64,000 nt of DNA from a bacterium (GTDB taxonomy: Bacteria > SM23-31): assembly GCA_965249485.1 (NCBI GenBank), contig OZ252239.1, positions 224,001-288,000 on the forward strand. Reading direction: 5' to 3'. Numbering within the stretch: position 1 is the first letter of the stretch; every line of letters starts with the position of its first letter. This document shows positions 20,940 through 29,634 of the stretch, piece by piece. The notes below the pieces were generated by a model. It searched no databases. It was not told where the DNA came from and worked only from the letters and a program-made list of their open reading frames with translations. The position numbers and the translations under genes are program-made.

Positions 20940-22826
20940 ATGAGGGTAAAAGTTATTTGGTTTGTACTCCTCTGTAGTTGTGTTACTGTATTTTTCGGCA
21001 TGAGGTATTTTGAAGACCTCGCAGGCTCAGCGAAAATTGAGTTGATCGCAGTTTCAGAAAATGATATTGATGAAGATGCAACGCTGACAATCTCTGCAGG
21101 TATTCCAAACGTAGGTATAGGAGAAAAGGTGTATCTGAAAGAAAATACCGGAGCAGTCTCATATTCCTGGACACTTGCCGATAAACCGGATGCAAGCACG
21201 TCTACATTGACAGGAGCAACGACACAAACTCCGACATTGACTCCCGATGTAGCAGGACAATATCTTGTAAGGTTTATCATTGACGGAACAAGTGATCCTG
21301 ACACATTATGGATCAGTGCCGGGCGATATGTAGGTGTTGGAACAATTGCGGGTGCATCTCCCGATGTTTCAAAAGGTCAGTGCGCTGTCTGTCATGGTGC
21401 ATTTTCTTCACATGATAAGGTAACCCCATGGTCAGGGACCGGTCATGCTGCTGCTTACGAAGGAAAGCTTGACGGTGATAATGGGCCTTTCTTCGGTGCC
21501 AATGAAGTGCATTGCAGTAAATGCCATACCGTAGGATATAAGGAAGACGCTTCCAACGGTGGTTTTGACGACGTTTCCGATCTGGTTGGCTGTGTGTTTC
21601 CGTCATCAGCACAGTCCGGAAATTTCAATAATATTGTTACAAACTTTCCCGATCTTGCAGCGCTGGCCAATATTCAGTGCGAAAACTGCCATGGACCGGG
21701 AAGCCTCCATAGAGGGCTGACGGCGAAGAACGAAATCGCGAAAAGTTTCGAGACCGGAGTCTGCGACCAGTGTCACGATGCAGATCCCTATCATGTGATT
21801 TCACAGCAGTGGGAAGAATCGGTACACGCTGTTGCAACACAGTATCCGAGTGGCCCGTCACGTGGATCATGTGTACAGTGTCATACCGGTTCGGGTTTTA
21901 TCTCAACTTGGGATCCCGATTATGCAGCAAAGGCATTGAATACCGATTTTAATCCGATCAACTGCCAGACATGCCACGATCCGCATTCTGCTGAAAACCA
22001 GCATCAACTCAGAAAACTCACCGATATTGAACTCAACAATGGTGAAGAGATAATCGGTGGCGGTTTAGGTATGATCTGTTCAAACTGTCACCTGTCAAGA
22101 AGAGATTCTGAGGCATATATTGTTGAGCAATTGGCAGGCTCTTCCATGTCTTCGCATTTCGGCCCGCACGGTAGCCCACAGACTGACATGCTTTTCGGGA
22201 AAAATGCAGTAGAGTTTGGAAAACCGGTTGGTGTATCTCCGCATGCCGAGGTAGTTGAAAACACCTGTGTCGGTTGCCACATGCAGTCATACGATCCGCA
22301 TGAGCCATTGAGCATCGTGAAAGCGGAAATGGGTAATCCCTCTATGACAGACCTGAAGACGACGGAGCTGACCAGAAACGTTTACGGCCACAGCTTCTGG
22401 AACAAGTATGAAGACGACGATGATGTTGTATGGGAAAACGTATCTGCCTGCCGTGACTGCCATGGTGAAGAAATGACATCGTTCGATGATGTTCTGGCAA
22501 ATGAAGATTTTGACGGTGACGGTTCGATCGAAGGTGTCCAGTCGGAAGTTGAGGGAATGCTCCTCAAACTCGCAGAACTCCTGCCACCAGTAGGACCAAA
22601 GACGCTGAGTGCTTTCCATCCTGATCCGGACAATCACGACTATACGGAAGTAGAAGCAAAAGCACTCTATAACTTCCTGTTTGTCTATGAAGACGGCAGT
22701 ATGGGTGTCCATAACGCCGCATATGCCATTGGGCTGATAAGATCATCGATTACAGCACTCGGAGTCGGTGATATTGGCGCAGGTTCCGTCAGTTCGGTGA
22801 CCGAATGTCCCGAACGATCAGGGTAA
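20940..22826 (+). CDS. Multiheme cytochrome c (9 CxxCH), N-terminal part of a frameshifted ~949-aa protein
   Basis: Signal peptide; Ig/PKD-like domain (SYSWTL...PTLTPDVAGQYLVRF); CAVCH, CSKCH, CENCH, CDQCH, CVQCH, CQTCH, CSNCH, CVGCH, CRDCH; C-terminal YNFLFVYEDGSMGVHN helix segment. Confidence 0.9.
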   Translation: MRVKVIWFVLLCSCVTVFFGMRYFEDLAGSAKIELIAVSENDIDEDATLTISAGIPNVGIGEKVYLKENTGAVSYSWTLADKPDASTSTLTGATTQTPTLTPDVAGQYLVRFIIDGTSDPDTLWISAGRYVGVGTIAGASPDVSKGQCAVCHGAFSSHDKVTPWSGTGHAAAYEGKLDGDNGPFFGANEVHCSKCHTVGYKEDASNGGFDDVSDLVGCVFPSSAQSGNFNNIVTNFPDLAALANIQCENCHGPGSLHRGLTAKNEIAKSFETGVCDQCHDADPYHVISQQWEESVHAVATQYPSGPSRGSCVQCHTGSGFISTWDPDYAAKALNTDFNPINCQTCHDPHSAENQHQLRKLTDIELNNGEEIIGGGLGMICSNCHLSRRDSEAYIVEQLAGSSMSSHFGPHGSPQTDMLFGKNAVEFGKPVGVSPHAEVVENTCVGCHMQSYDPHEPLSIVKAEMGNPSMTDLKTTELTRNVYGHSFWNKYEDDDDVVWENVSACRDCHGEEMTSFDDVLANEDFDGDGSIEGVQSEVEGMLLKLAELLPPVGPKTLSAFHPDPDNHDYTEVEAKALYNFLFVYEDGSMGVHNAAYAIGLIRSSITALGVGDIGAGSVSSVTECPERSG

Positions 22827-23790
22827 ACAGGTCAGAGTTACCTGGAACCGGTTCCCGGGTGATGGCGATACCGATCCGAAAATCATCAATTACGGTGTTT
22901 GGAGAAAAGTCGACGGCATGATGGCGAAAGCTGCTGTCGATAATGTTGTAGCTGTAGCGGATTACAATGAAATGTATGCATCTATCGAAAGCGCTGCCGG
23001 TAAACTCTTTGCCGTCACCGAGACGGAAGTATGGGATTATGTAAAAACAGTCCCGACTGCAGAGCTCGAAGCGTATGCAACGATTGCTGCAACAATATTC
23101 GATTCAACAATTACTGGAGGCCAGAACTGGTCACATTACCGGGTTTCGGGTCATTCAACGAATAATTCGGTTGTGATGTCGGTTGCCGACAGCGGATATT
23201 CGGTTGACAATCTCGCACCGACGGTACCGCAATCGCTTGCGTTCGATATCAACACGTTGACCTGGACTGAAACGGAAGACAACGATTTCGATTATTTTGC
23301 GGTTTACAGAAGCAACACTACTGGATTTACTCCAGCTGATGAAAACCGAATCGGTGTTGTTACTTCCAGCGCATTTGAGGATGGTTCCATGAGCGGGGAC
23401 GGTTCTTACTACTATGTCGTTTCAGCATTCGACCATGCCGGAAACGAGAGTGATTTTTCGAATGAAATTGAAGTTCTCGTAACAGGTATTGATGACCGTT
23501 CGGGTGTCCCTACAATCTATGCGCTTGATCAGAACTATCCGAATCCGTTTAATCCGTCAACCGTTATCAATTATCAGCTTCCTTCCTCAGCCAATACGAA
23601 AATTGTTATCTATAACGTAATAGGCCAGGAAGTCAGATCATTGGTAAACGGTTATGAACCTGCCGGATATCAGCAGACAGTATGGAACGGACGTGACAAC
23701 TTCGGCAATGTTGTTTCGGCTGGTATATACTTCTATAAGCTGACCGCCGGTGATTTTGTTGACATTAAGAAAATGGTATTTGTGAAGTAA
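22807..23790 (+). CDS. C-terminal part of the same protein: FN3/Ig-like domains plus T9SS type A (FlgD-like) sorting domain
   Basis: Frame is open from 22807 (VPNDQGKQVRVTW...); FN3-like YYYVVSAFDHAGNESDFSNE; CTD YALDQNYPNPFNPSTVINY...SAGIYFYKL...KKMVFVK; no signal peptide of its own. Confidence 0.85.
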   Translation, partial: VPNDQGKQVRVTWNRFPGDGDTDPKIINYGVWRKVDGMMAKAAVDNVVAVADYNEMYASIESAAGKLFAVTETEVWDYVKTVPTAELEAYATIAATIFDSTITGGQNWSHYRVSGHSTNNSVVMSVADSGYSVDNLAPTVPQSLAFDINTLTWTETEDNDFDYFAVYRSNTTGFTPADENRIGVVTSSAFEDGSMSGDGSYYYVVSAFDHAGNESDFSNEIEVLVTGIDDRSGVPTIYALDQNYPNPFNPSTVINYQLPSSANTKIVIYNVIGQEVRSLVNGYEPAGYQQTVWNGRDNFGNVVSAGIYFYKLTAGDFVDIKKMVFVK

Positions 23791-23806
23791 GAATTGGGCG
23801 AATTCT

Positions 23807-23850
23807 AAAAGGGCTGAATTCCAGCATTATCGGGTATTCAGCCCTTTTTT
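23807..23850 (+). terminator. Rho-independent terminator after the T9SS cytochrome gene
   Basis: AAAAGGGCTGAAT...ATTCAGCCCTTTTTT stem with U-tract. Confidence 0.75.
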
Positions 23851-23931
23851 CTTATTGCGTTTTATTTGGTATCTTCGTGTATATTTATTCAATAATAATC
23901 ACGTTATCTGACTCACACTGGAACAAATCGC

Positions 23932-24369
23932 ATGGATGAAAACGGCAGACGCTCTTTTATTCAAACAGTCCTTGGAGGAAGTCTGACACTTGTTTCCGGT
24001 TCTGTTCTCTATCCTGTATTCCGGTTCATGACCCCTCCCGAAGTGTCCGAAGCTGAAACATCATCTGTCCTTGTCGGGACACTAAACGAAATGCCTCCCG
24101 GGTCAAGCAAAGCTTTCCGGTTCGGCACAAAACCGGGGCTCCTCGTCCGGTCGGAAACCGGAGAAATGTATGCTCATACTGCTGTCTGTTCCCACCTCGG
24201 CTGCATTGTGCAGCACAGCAATGAACGGAACGGTATCTGGTGTGCCTGCCATGGAGCACTGTTTGATCTCCGTGGAAATGTTGTTTCCGGACCGCCTCCG
24301 AAACCGTTGACTCCCCTGAACGTTATTGTCCAGAATAATGAGATTTTTGTTACCAAAACAGAAACATGA
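23932..24369 (+). CDS. Rieske 2Fe-2S subunit of a cytochrome bc-type complex
   Basis: Tat-like GRRSFI plus TM helix; CSHLGC and CACHG boxes; SGPPPKPL. Confidence 0.93.
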   Translation: MDENGRRSFIQTVLGGSLTLVSGSVLYPVFRFMTPPEVSEAETSSVLVGTLNEMPPGSSKAFRFGTKPGLLVRSETGEMYAHTAVCSHLGCIVQHSNERNGIWCACHGALFDLRGNVVSGPPPKPLTPLNVIVQNNEIFVTKTET

Positions 24370-24472
24370 TGTGACAATTTTGTGTATGCCGGATTTATTG
24401 ATATAAGAGCACTACACATTTTTCCTTTTAATCATCGTCACAGACCATACGTTTCACCACAAGCAAGTAACC

Positions 24473-25537
24473 ATGGTACAGAAAATCATATCGTATATTA
24501 GTGACCGTGCAAAGCTTCAAAGCGTGACTGATTATATGAAGAAAAAGACCGTTCCGCTGCACAAACATACCGTGTGGTATTATTTTGGCGGGGTTACGCT
24601 TTTTCTATTTGTCGTGCAGGTCTGTACCGGGATCCTTCTGCTGCTCTACTACCGCCCAACTGCTGAGGGAGCGTTCGAGAGCGTCCAGTTTATTGTTACA
24701 CAGGTACACTACGGCTGGCTTATCCGGAATATCCACAGCTGGTCGGCAAATCTCATGGTCTTGATGCTTTTTATCCATATGTTCAGTGCGTTTCTCATGA
24801 AGGCTTACAGAAAACCGCGAGAAATTACATGGATCAGCGGTTCATTGCTCCTCTTTATTGCTCTCGGGTTCGGATTTTCCGGCTACCTCCTGCCGTGGAA
24901 TGAACTTGCATTTTTTGCGACGAAGGTCGGGACAGAAATTGCAGGTGTTATACCCTTTGCAGGGGACTGGCTCATGCGATTTCTCCGCGGGGGTGAAGAT
25001 GTGACGGGAGCAACATTGACCCGGTTTTTCGGATTTCACGTTGCGGTGCTGCCGGGGATTACAACGGTTCTCCTCTTTATTCATCTTATCATGGTGCAGA
25101 TTCACGGCAATGCCAAACCGATTTCTCTTGAGCATTCCAAACGGTCGATGCCGTTTTTTCCCCATTTTCTTATGCGGGATATGGTTGCCTGGATGGTGGG
25201 GCTTGCAATTGTTGCGTTTCTTGCGGCGGTGTATCCATGGGAACTGGGCCAAAAAGCCGATCCATTTATCCCTGCACCGGCTGGAATCAAACCTGAATGG
25301 TATTTCATGTTTATGTTTGAAACTCTGAAAGTCATTCCGGCAAAGATTCTCTTTTTAGACGGAGAAGTTGTTGCAATTTTTGCCTTCATTTTTGCGGGAG
25401 TATTTTGGGTTATGGTACCGTTTTTGGACAAAAACGCACAGCAGAACAAACGGAGTCCTGTATTTACAGCGATTGGCATTTTTGCAATCGTCTATATTGC
25501 TGTTGTCACGTTATTGTCATATACGCTGTTGGCGTAA
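24473..25537 (+). CDS. Cytochrome b (b6 + subunit IV-like, unsplit) of a Rieske/cyt b complex
   Basis: Heme His pairs RNIHSW...FIHM and GFHV...FIHL; GYLLPW; Qo-site PEWY. Confidence 0.94.
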   Translation: MVQKIISYISDRAKLQSVTDYMKKKTVPLHKHTVWYYFGGVTLFLFVVQVCTGILLLLYYRPTAEGAFESVQFIVTQVHYGWLIRNIHSWSANLMVLMLFIHMFSAFLMKAYRKPREITWISGSLLLFIALGFGFSGYLLPWNELAFFATKVGTEIAGVIPFAGDWLMRFLRGGEDVTGATLTRFFGFHVAVLPGITTVLLFIHLIMVQIHGNAKPISLEHSKRSMPFFPHFLMRDMVAWMVGLAIVAFLAAVYPWELGQKADPFIPAPAGIKPEWYFMFMFETLKVIPAKILFLDGEVVAIFAFIFAGVFWVMVPFLDKNAQQNKRSPVFTAIGIFAIVYIAVVTLLSYTLLA

Positions 25538-25549
25538 CACACAGGTGCG

Positions 25550-26833
25550 GTGGATTATACTGTTATGAAAATACAATTTCATAGAAATTTGATGATAGTG
25601 ACAGGTTTTATTATGTGCCTTATGATTCCTGTTTCCGGGTATGGGCAGGATGTGTATAACAACTGCATCGAATGCCACCGTGACATCGACGATGCTTATG
25701 AGCATCCGACAACGCTCGTGGAAAACGATGTCCATTTTGTACGAGGAATCACCTGTACTGACTGCCATGGCGGAGATAGCGAGATCGATCCGGAGGGAGA
25801 TCCTTATTTTGCAATGGACCCGGATAAAGGTTACACCGGTAGTCCGTCCCGGTCGGACATTCCAGGTTTCTGTAACCGGTGTCATGGCGATGCAACATAT
25901 ATAGCGCAGTTTAATCCGAATTTACGGGTCGATCAATATCAGCGTTACAAGACAAGTACTCACGGGCAACGTCTTGCTGACGACAATGAAGATGTCGCTG
26001 TTTGTTCCGACTGTCATCAGGTCCATCAGATGAGGACAGTGAACGATCCGCAATCGAAAGTATACCCGCTAAATGTTCATGAAACATGCGGAGCATGTCA
26101 CAGTAGTGATACGTATATGGAACCCTATTTTTTGCCGACAGACCAGAATGAATTGTATACAACAAGTGTCCATTACGAATATCTAACTGAGCGTGGAGAT
26201 TTGACTGCACCGACCTGTAACGATTGTCATGGTAATCACGGCGCAGTGCCTCCCGGATTTGATAGCATCCATTTTGTCTGTGGATCTTGCCATGTTGCAG
26301 TGAAGGAATTGTTCGACGTCAGTGTACATGCAACGGCATTCCGGGAAATGGATATGCCCGAATTTGTTACCTGCCACTCGAATCATGACGTGACGTACAC
26401 AGGAGAGTACATGCTCGAAGAAGTTGAGGGTATCTGCTGGAATTGTCACGATTCAGATTCTCCCGAGGGTGAAATCGTCAGGGGAATTATATTTGAAATT
26501 GAATCGCTGAAAAATTTACACAGTTATGCTGACTCAGTTATCACACTCGCCGAAATAAAAGGTATGGAAGTGCGGGATTACAAACTCGATCTGATCGATC
26601 TTTCATCGGTCATCACAAAAATCCGCAACCTTGTGCACACACTGTCAGTGTCGGATATCCGTCAGGAAACCGGACCGGGTTCAGAATTGGCACAAACAAT
26701 CATTACCGGCGGCAACGAAGCGTTTGCGGAACTGAACCGCCGTAGAACCGGTCTTCTTATTTTCCTTATTTTTATCATTCTTCTCATTGCCGGACTTCTC
26801 CTGAAAATACGGACACTCCCTCCATCGCAGTAA
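25550..26833 (+). CDS. Membrane-anchored multiheme cytochrome c (8 CxxCH + 1 FxxCH)
   Basis: Signal peptide; CIECH, CTDCH, CNRCH, CSDCH, CGACH, CNDCH, CGSCH, (FVTCH), CWNCH; helical stalk; C-terminal TM RRRTGLLIFLIFIILLIAGLLLK. Confidence 0.9.
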   Translation: MDYTVMKIQFHRNLMIVTGFIMCLMIPVSGYGQDVYNNCIECHRDIDDAYEHPTTLVENDVHFVRGITCTDCHGGDSEIDPEGDPYFAMDPDKGYTGSPSRSDIPGFCNRCHGDATYIAQFNPNLRVDQYQRYKTSTHGQRLADDNEDVAVCSDCHQVHQMRTVNDPQSKVYPLNVHETCGACHSSDTYMEPYFLPTDQNELYTTSVHYEYLTERGDLTAPTCNDCHGNHGAVPPGFDSIHFVCGSCHVAVKELFDVSVHATAFREMDMPEFVTCHSNHDVTYTGEYMLEEVEGICWNCHDSDSPEGEIVRGIIFEIESLKNLHSYADSVITLAEIKGMEVRDYKLDLIDLSSVITKIRNLVHTLSVSDIRQETGPGSELAQTIITGGNEAFAELNRRRTGLLIFLIFIILLIAGLLLKIRTLPPSQ

Positions 26834-27007
26834 GGCCGTTGTTCCTTCTCAACCATCCTTTATTTTTTCATTTTTCTCTTGCGCATTGATTTATTAATCA
26901 TTAACTATATCGCTATTGTTTTGACAACACATAATTAATCCGATGTCGATTTTTATCATTACGATAACAACTTAATTTGTCCAACTGTATCAAACCGGGT
27001 CGAATAT

Positions 27008-28378
27008 ATGAAAAAACTTCGCAGTTTCGCCGTCATACTGTTCATCCTTCTGTGCATGCCGATAAGCGTGTTTGCACAAGATCATGGTGAGCAGAGCATC
27101 TCATTGTATTATTCAATCCCTTTTGTTTTAATGTTGGTTAGCATTGCAGTTATACCTCTCAAATGGGAACATTGGTGGGAGGATAACAATAATAAGCTAA
27201 AAGTCGCCCTTATCCTCGGTATACCGATAGGGTTTTTTTTTTTATTCTACGATATACATAAATTACAGCATACTCTTGAAGAGTATATTGCGTTTATGGT
27301 CTATGTTGGTTCGCTTTTTGTTATTTCCGGCGGTGTCGTTCTCCGCGGCGAAATAAAGTGTTCGCCAAAAACAAATCTTATAATTATGGGAATTGGCACC
27401 TTGCTTGCCTCTTTTATCGGAACCCCCGGCGCAAGCATGCTGTTGATACGGCCACTGCTTAGGATAAATGCGGACAGAAAAGATATAAAACATGTGGTCA
27501 TCTTTTTTATTTTTACTGTCAGCAACATCGGTGGCTGCCTGACACCACTCGGTGATCCGCCGCTTTTTCTGGGGTATCTGAACGGAGTGCCGTTCATCTG
27601 GACATTTTCGCTCTGGCCGCAATGGCTGCTCGCAAATTCGATTATTTTAGCAATTTTCTATATCATCGATAGTAAAAAATTCAAAACAGAATCACTACCT
27701 GAATCATCACAAAGTGACGGCAAAGGAAAACCGCTCAGTATTGTGGGTCTTATAAACTTTGCATGGCTTGCTGGTGTCATCCTTTCGGTTGCATTCGTTC
27801 AGAAAACGTATGGACCTTTCGTTATATTAGGGCCGCGTGAAGTTATAATGCTCATAATGGTCTTTTTATCGTTAAAGACTACGAAAATGGGACTCCGTGA
27901 AGAAAACCAGTTTTCTTATCAGCCGGTTCTTGAAGTTGCCTATCTCTTTATTGGCATATTCCTTACTATGATCCCTGCGCTCGTTTATCTTGAAACGCAT
28001 GGATCGGCATTCGCAGAAAAAGGCCTGACCGAGCCGTGGATGATCTTCTGGTTTACCGGTATTCTCTCTTCGTTTCTTGATAATGCTCCAACATACCTGA
28101 CTTTTTTCTCACTTGCTAAAGGTATGGAACTCGCCGGAACGCTTGTCGCCCAGACGGGTGTCACGGAAGCGATGCTGCGTGCTATATCTCTCGGTGCTGT
28201 GTTCATGGGGGCAAATACCTATATCGGGAACGGCCCGAATTTCATGGTCAAAGCCATTGCCGACGAATCGGGGACCAAAATGCCCTCATTTCTCGGTTAT
28301 ATGCTTTGGTCGGGCGCAATTTTGATACCGATTTTTATTGTGGTGACGTTCCTTGTATTTATATTTGGTATTATTTAA
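27008..28378 (+). CDS. Putative sodium:proton antiporter (IT superfamily)
   Basis: SNIGGCLTPLGDPPLFLG, SSFLDNAPTYL, GANTYIGNGPNFMVK; polytopic membrane protein. Confidence 0.85.
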   Translation: MKKLRSFAVILFILLCMPISVFAQDHGEQSISLYYSIPFVLMLVSIAVIPLKWEHWWEDNNNKLKVALILGIPIGFFFLFYDIHKLQHTLEEYIAFMVYVGSLFVISGGVVLRGEIKCSPKTNLIIMGIGTLLASFIGTPGASMLLIRPLLRINADRKDIKHVVIFFIFTVSNIGGCLTPLGDPPLFLGYLNGVPFIWTFSLWPQWLLANSIILAIFYIIDSKKFKTESLPESSQSDGKGKPLSIVGLINFAWLAGVILSVAFVQKTYGPFVILGPREVIMLIMVFLSLKTTKMGLREENQFSYQPVLEVAYLFIGIFLTMIPALVYLETHGSAFAEKGLTEPWMIFWFTGILSSFLDNAPTYLTFFSLAKGMELAGTLVAQTGVTEAMLRAISLGAVFMGANTYIGNGPNFMVKAIADESGTKMPSFLGYMLWSGAILIPIFIVVTFLVFIFGII

Positions 28379-28950
28379 GAAAACAGAAACCTTTGCAGAA
28401 TTACACGGATAATTGTTGTGGTGTTGAATTCAAGATATTGTGAAGTTCCGGAAAACCATGACTCGCAATGACACAATTAGAGATAGTGCGATGAGTTTTC
28501 CCCGTGGTAGGGAAAATGATGTTGCGATCTTCGGATATGAGTTTATTACAACTCGTGCAATAATACCTGTTAATCCAATTCATTCCATGTGTTTATTAGT
28601 ATGATAATTACAAGTCCCATTTCACTTCATCTAATATCAAAAGAATAAAGCATTACCTTAAAAGAATCCTTTGAAAGAACTCATTCAAATCGTTATATTC
28701 TACAGTGTCGATTGTGTATCCCTAAGAACAGGAAGGTACGTTATCAAATAGAATTGTGATACCATTGCCGAATGGACCATAATCCTGAACAATAAGCAGT
28801 GATGCGATTTTAGGATATCCTTCAAAACTTTCATTTCTTTAAGACACCTAATTATTTTCCGTCGTTCTCGACTCTGGAGTATTTCTATTATATGGGTGTA
28901 CTAACCTTTCGTATCACATGCATAGAGCACTTTAACTTCGGAGCTGCATT

Positions 28951-29634
28951 ATGCCTTTTACTTCTTCACCAGTCTGGTCATCGGTCGGGAAAAAGTTTCT
29001 TATGGGTTTTACAGGACTTGGACTCGTTGGATTTGTTGTCGTACATATGCTCGGTAACTTTTTGTTATTCAGCAGCAATCCCGACCCATTTAATGCATAT
29101 TCACATTTTCTTATCAATCTAGGTACACTTCTCTACGTTATTGAAGCGGGCCTCGTCCTCTTTTTAATCATCCATATTGTTTCGGGTGTGTCAGTCTGGC
29201 GGTCTGCCCATCAGGCTCGTCCTGTCAAATACGAGGAGTATCAATCTGCCGGAAAACCGAGCAAGCAGAATTTTTCATCGGTATCGATGCTATACTCCGG
29301 AATTCTCCTCGGGATATTCCTTGTGATCCATATTGTGACGTTTAAATATGGACCTTACTATACAACAGTCGTAGACGGTGTTGAAATGCGGGACCTGTAT
29401 CGGCTGGTTGTCGAGGTTTTCAGTAATCCATTCTATGTCGCCGGATATAGTGTTGTAATGATTTTTCTCGGATTTCACCTCCGCCACGGATTCTGGAGCG
29501 CTTTTCAGTCCGTAGCATTCCATCATCCTCGCTACACACCGATTATTTACGGTACCGGATATTTTGTCGCTATTAGTCTTGCTGTGGGATACATTGCTAT
29601 TCCCATATGGATCTTTTTCAGGGGAGGAGCATAA
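28951..29634 (+). CDS. sdhC: Succinate dehydrogenase/fumarate reductase cytochrome b subunit (b558 family, 5 TM, diheme type)
   Basis: [35 protein letters not shown]; four candidate heme His residues. Confidence 0.9.
   Translation: MPFTSSPVWSSVGKKFLMGFTGLGLVGFVVVHMLGNFLLFSSNPDPFNAYSHFLINLGTLLYVIEAGLVLFLIIHIVSGVSVWRSAHQARPVKYEEYQSAGKPSKQNFSSVSMLYSGILLGIFLVIHIVTFKYGPYYTTVVDGVEMRDLYRLVVEVFSNPFYVAGYSVVMIFLGFHLRHGFWSAFQSVAFHHPRYTPIIYGTGYFVAISLAVGYIAIPIWIFFRGGA

Noticed and set aside
20940..22826. Nonaheme protein as NrfA nitrite reductase
   Set aside because: No CxxCK active-site motif; all nine sites are CxxCH and the domain architecture differs.
28401..28583. 60-aa minus-strand ORF with CTSC between the antiporter and sdhC
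   Set aside because: Short, no second Cys pair, overlaps a repeat remnant; no supportable call.
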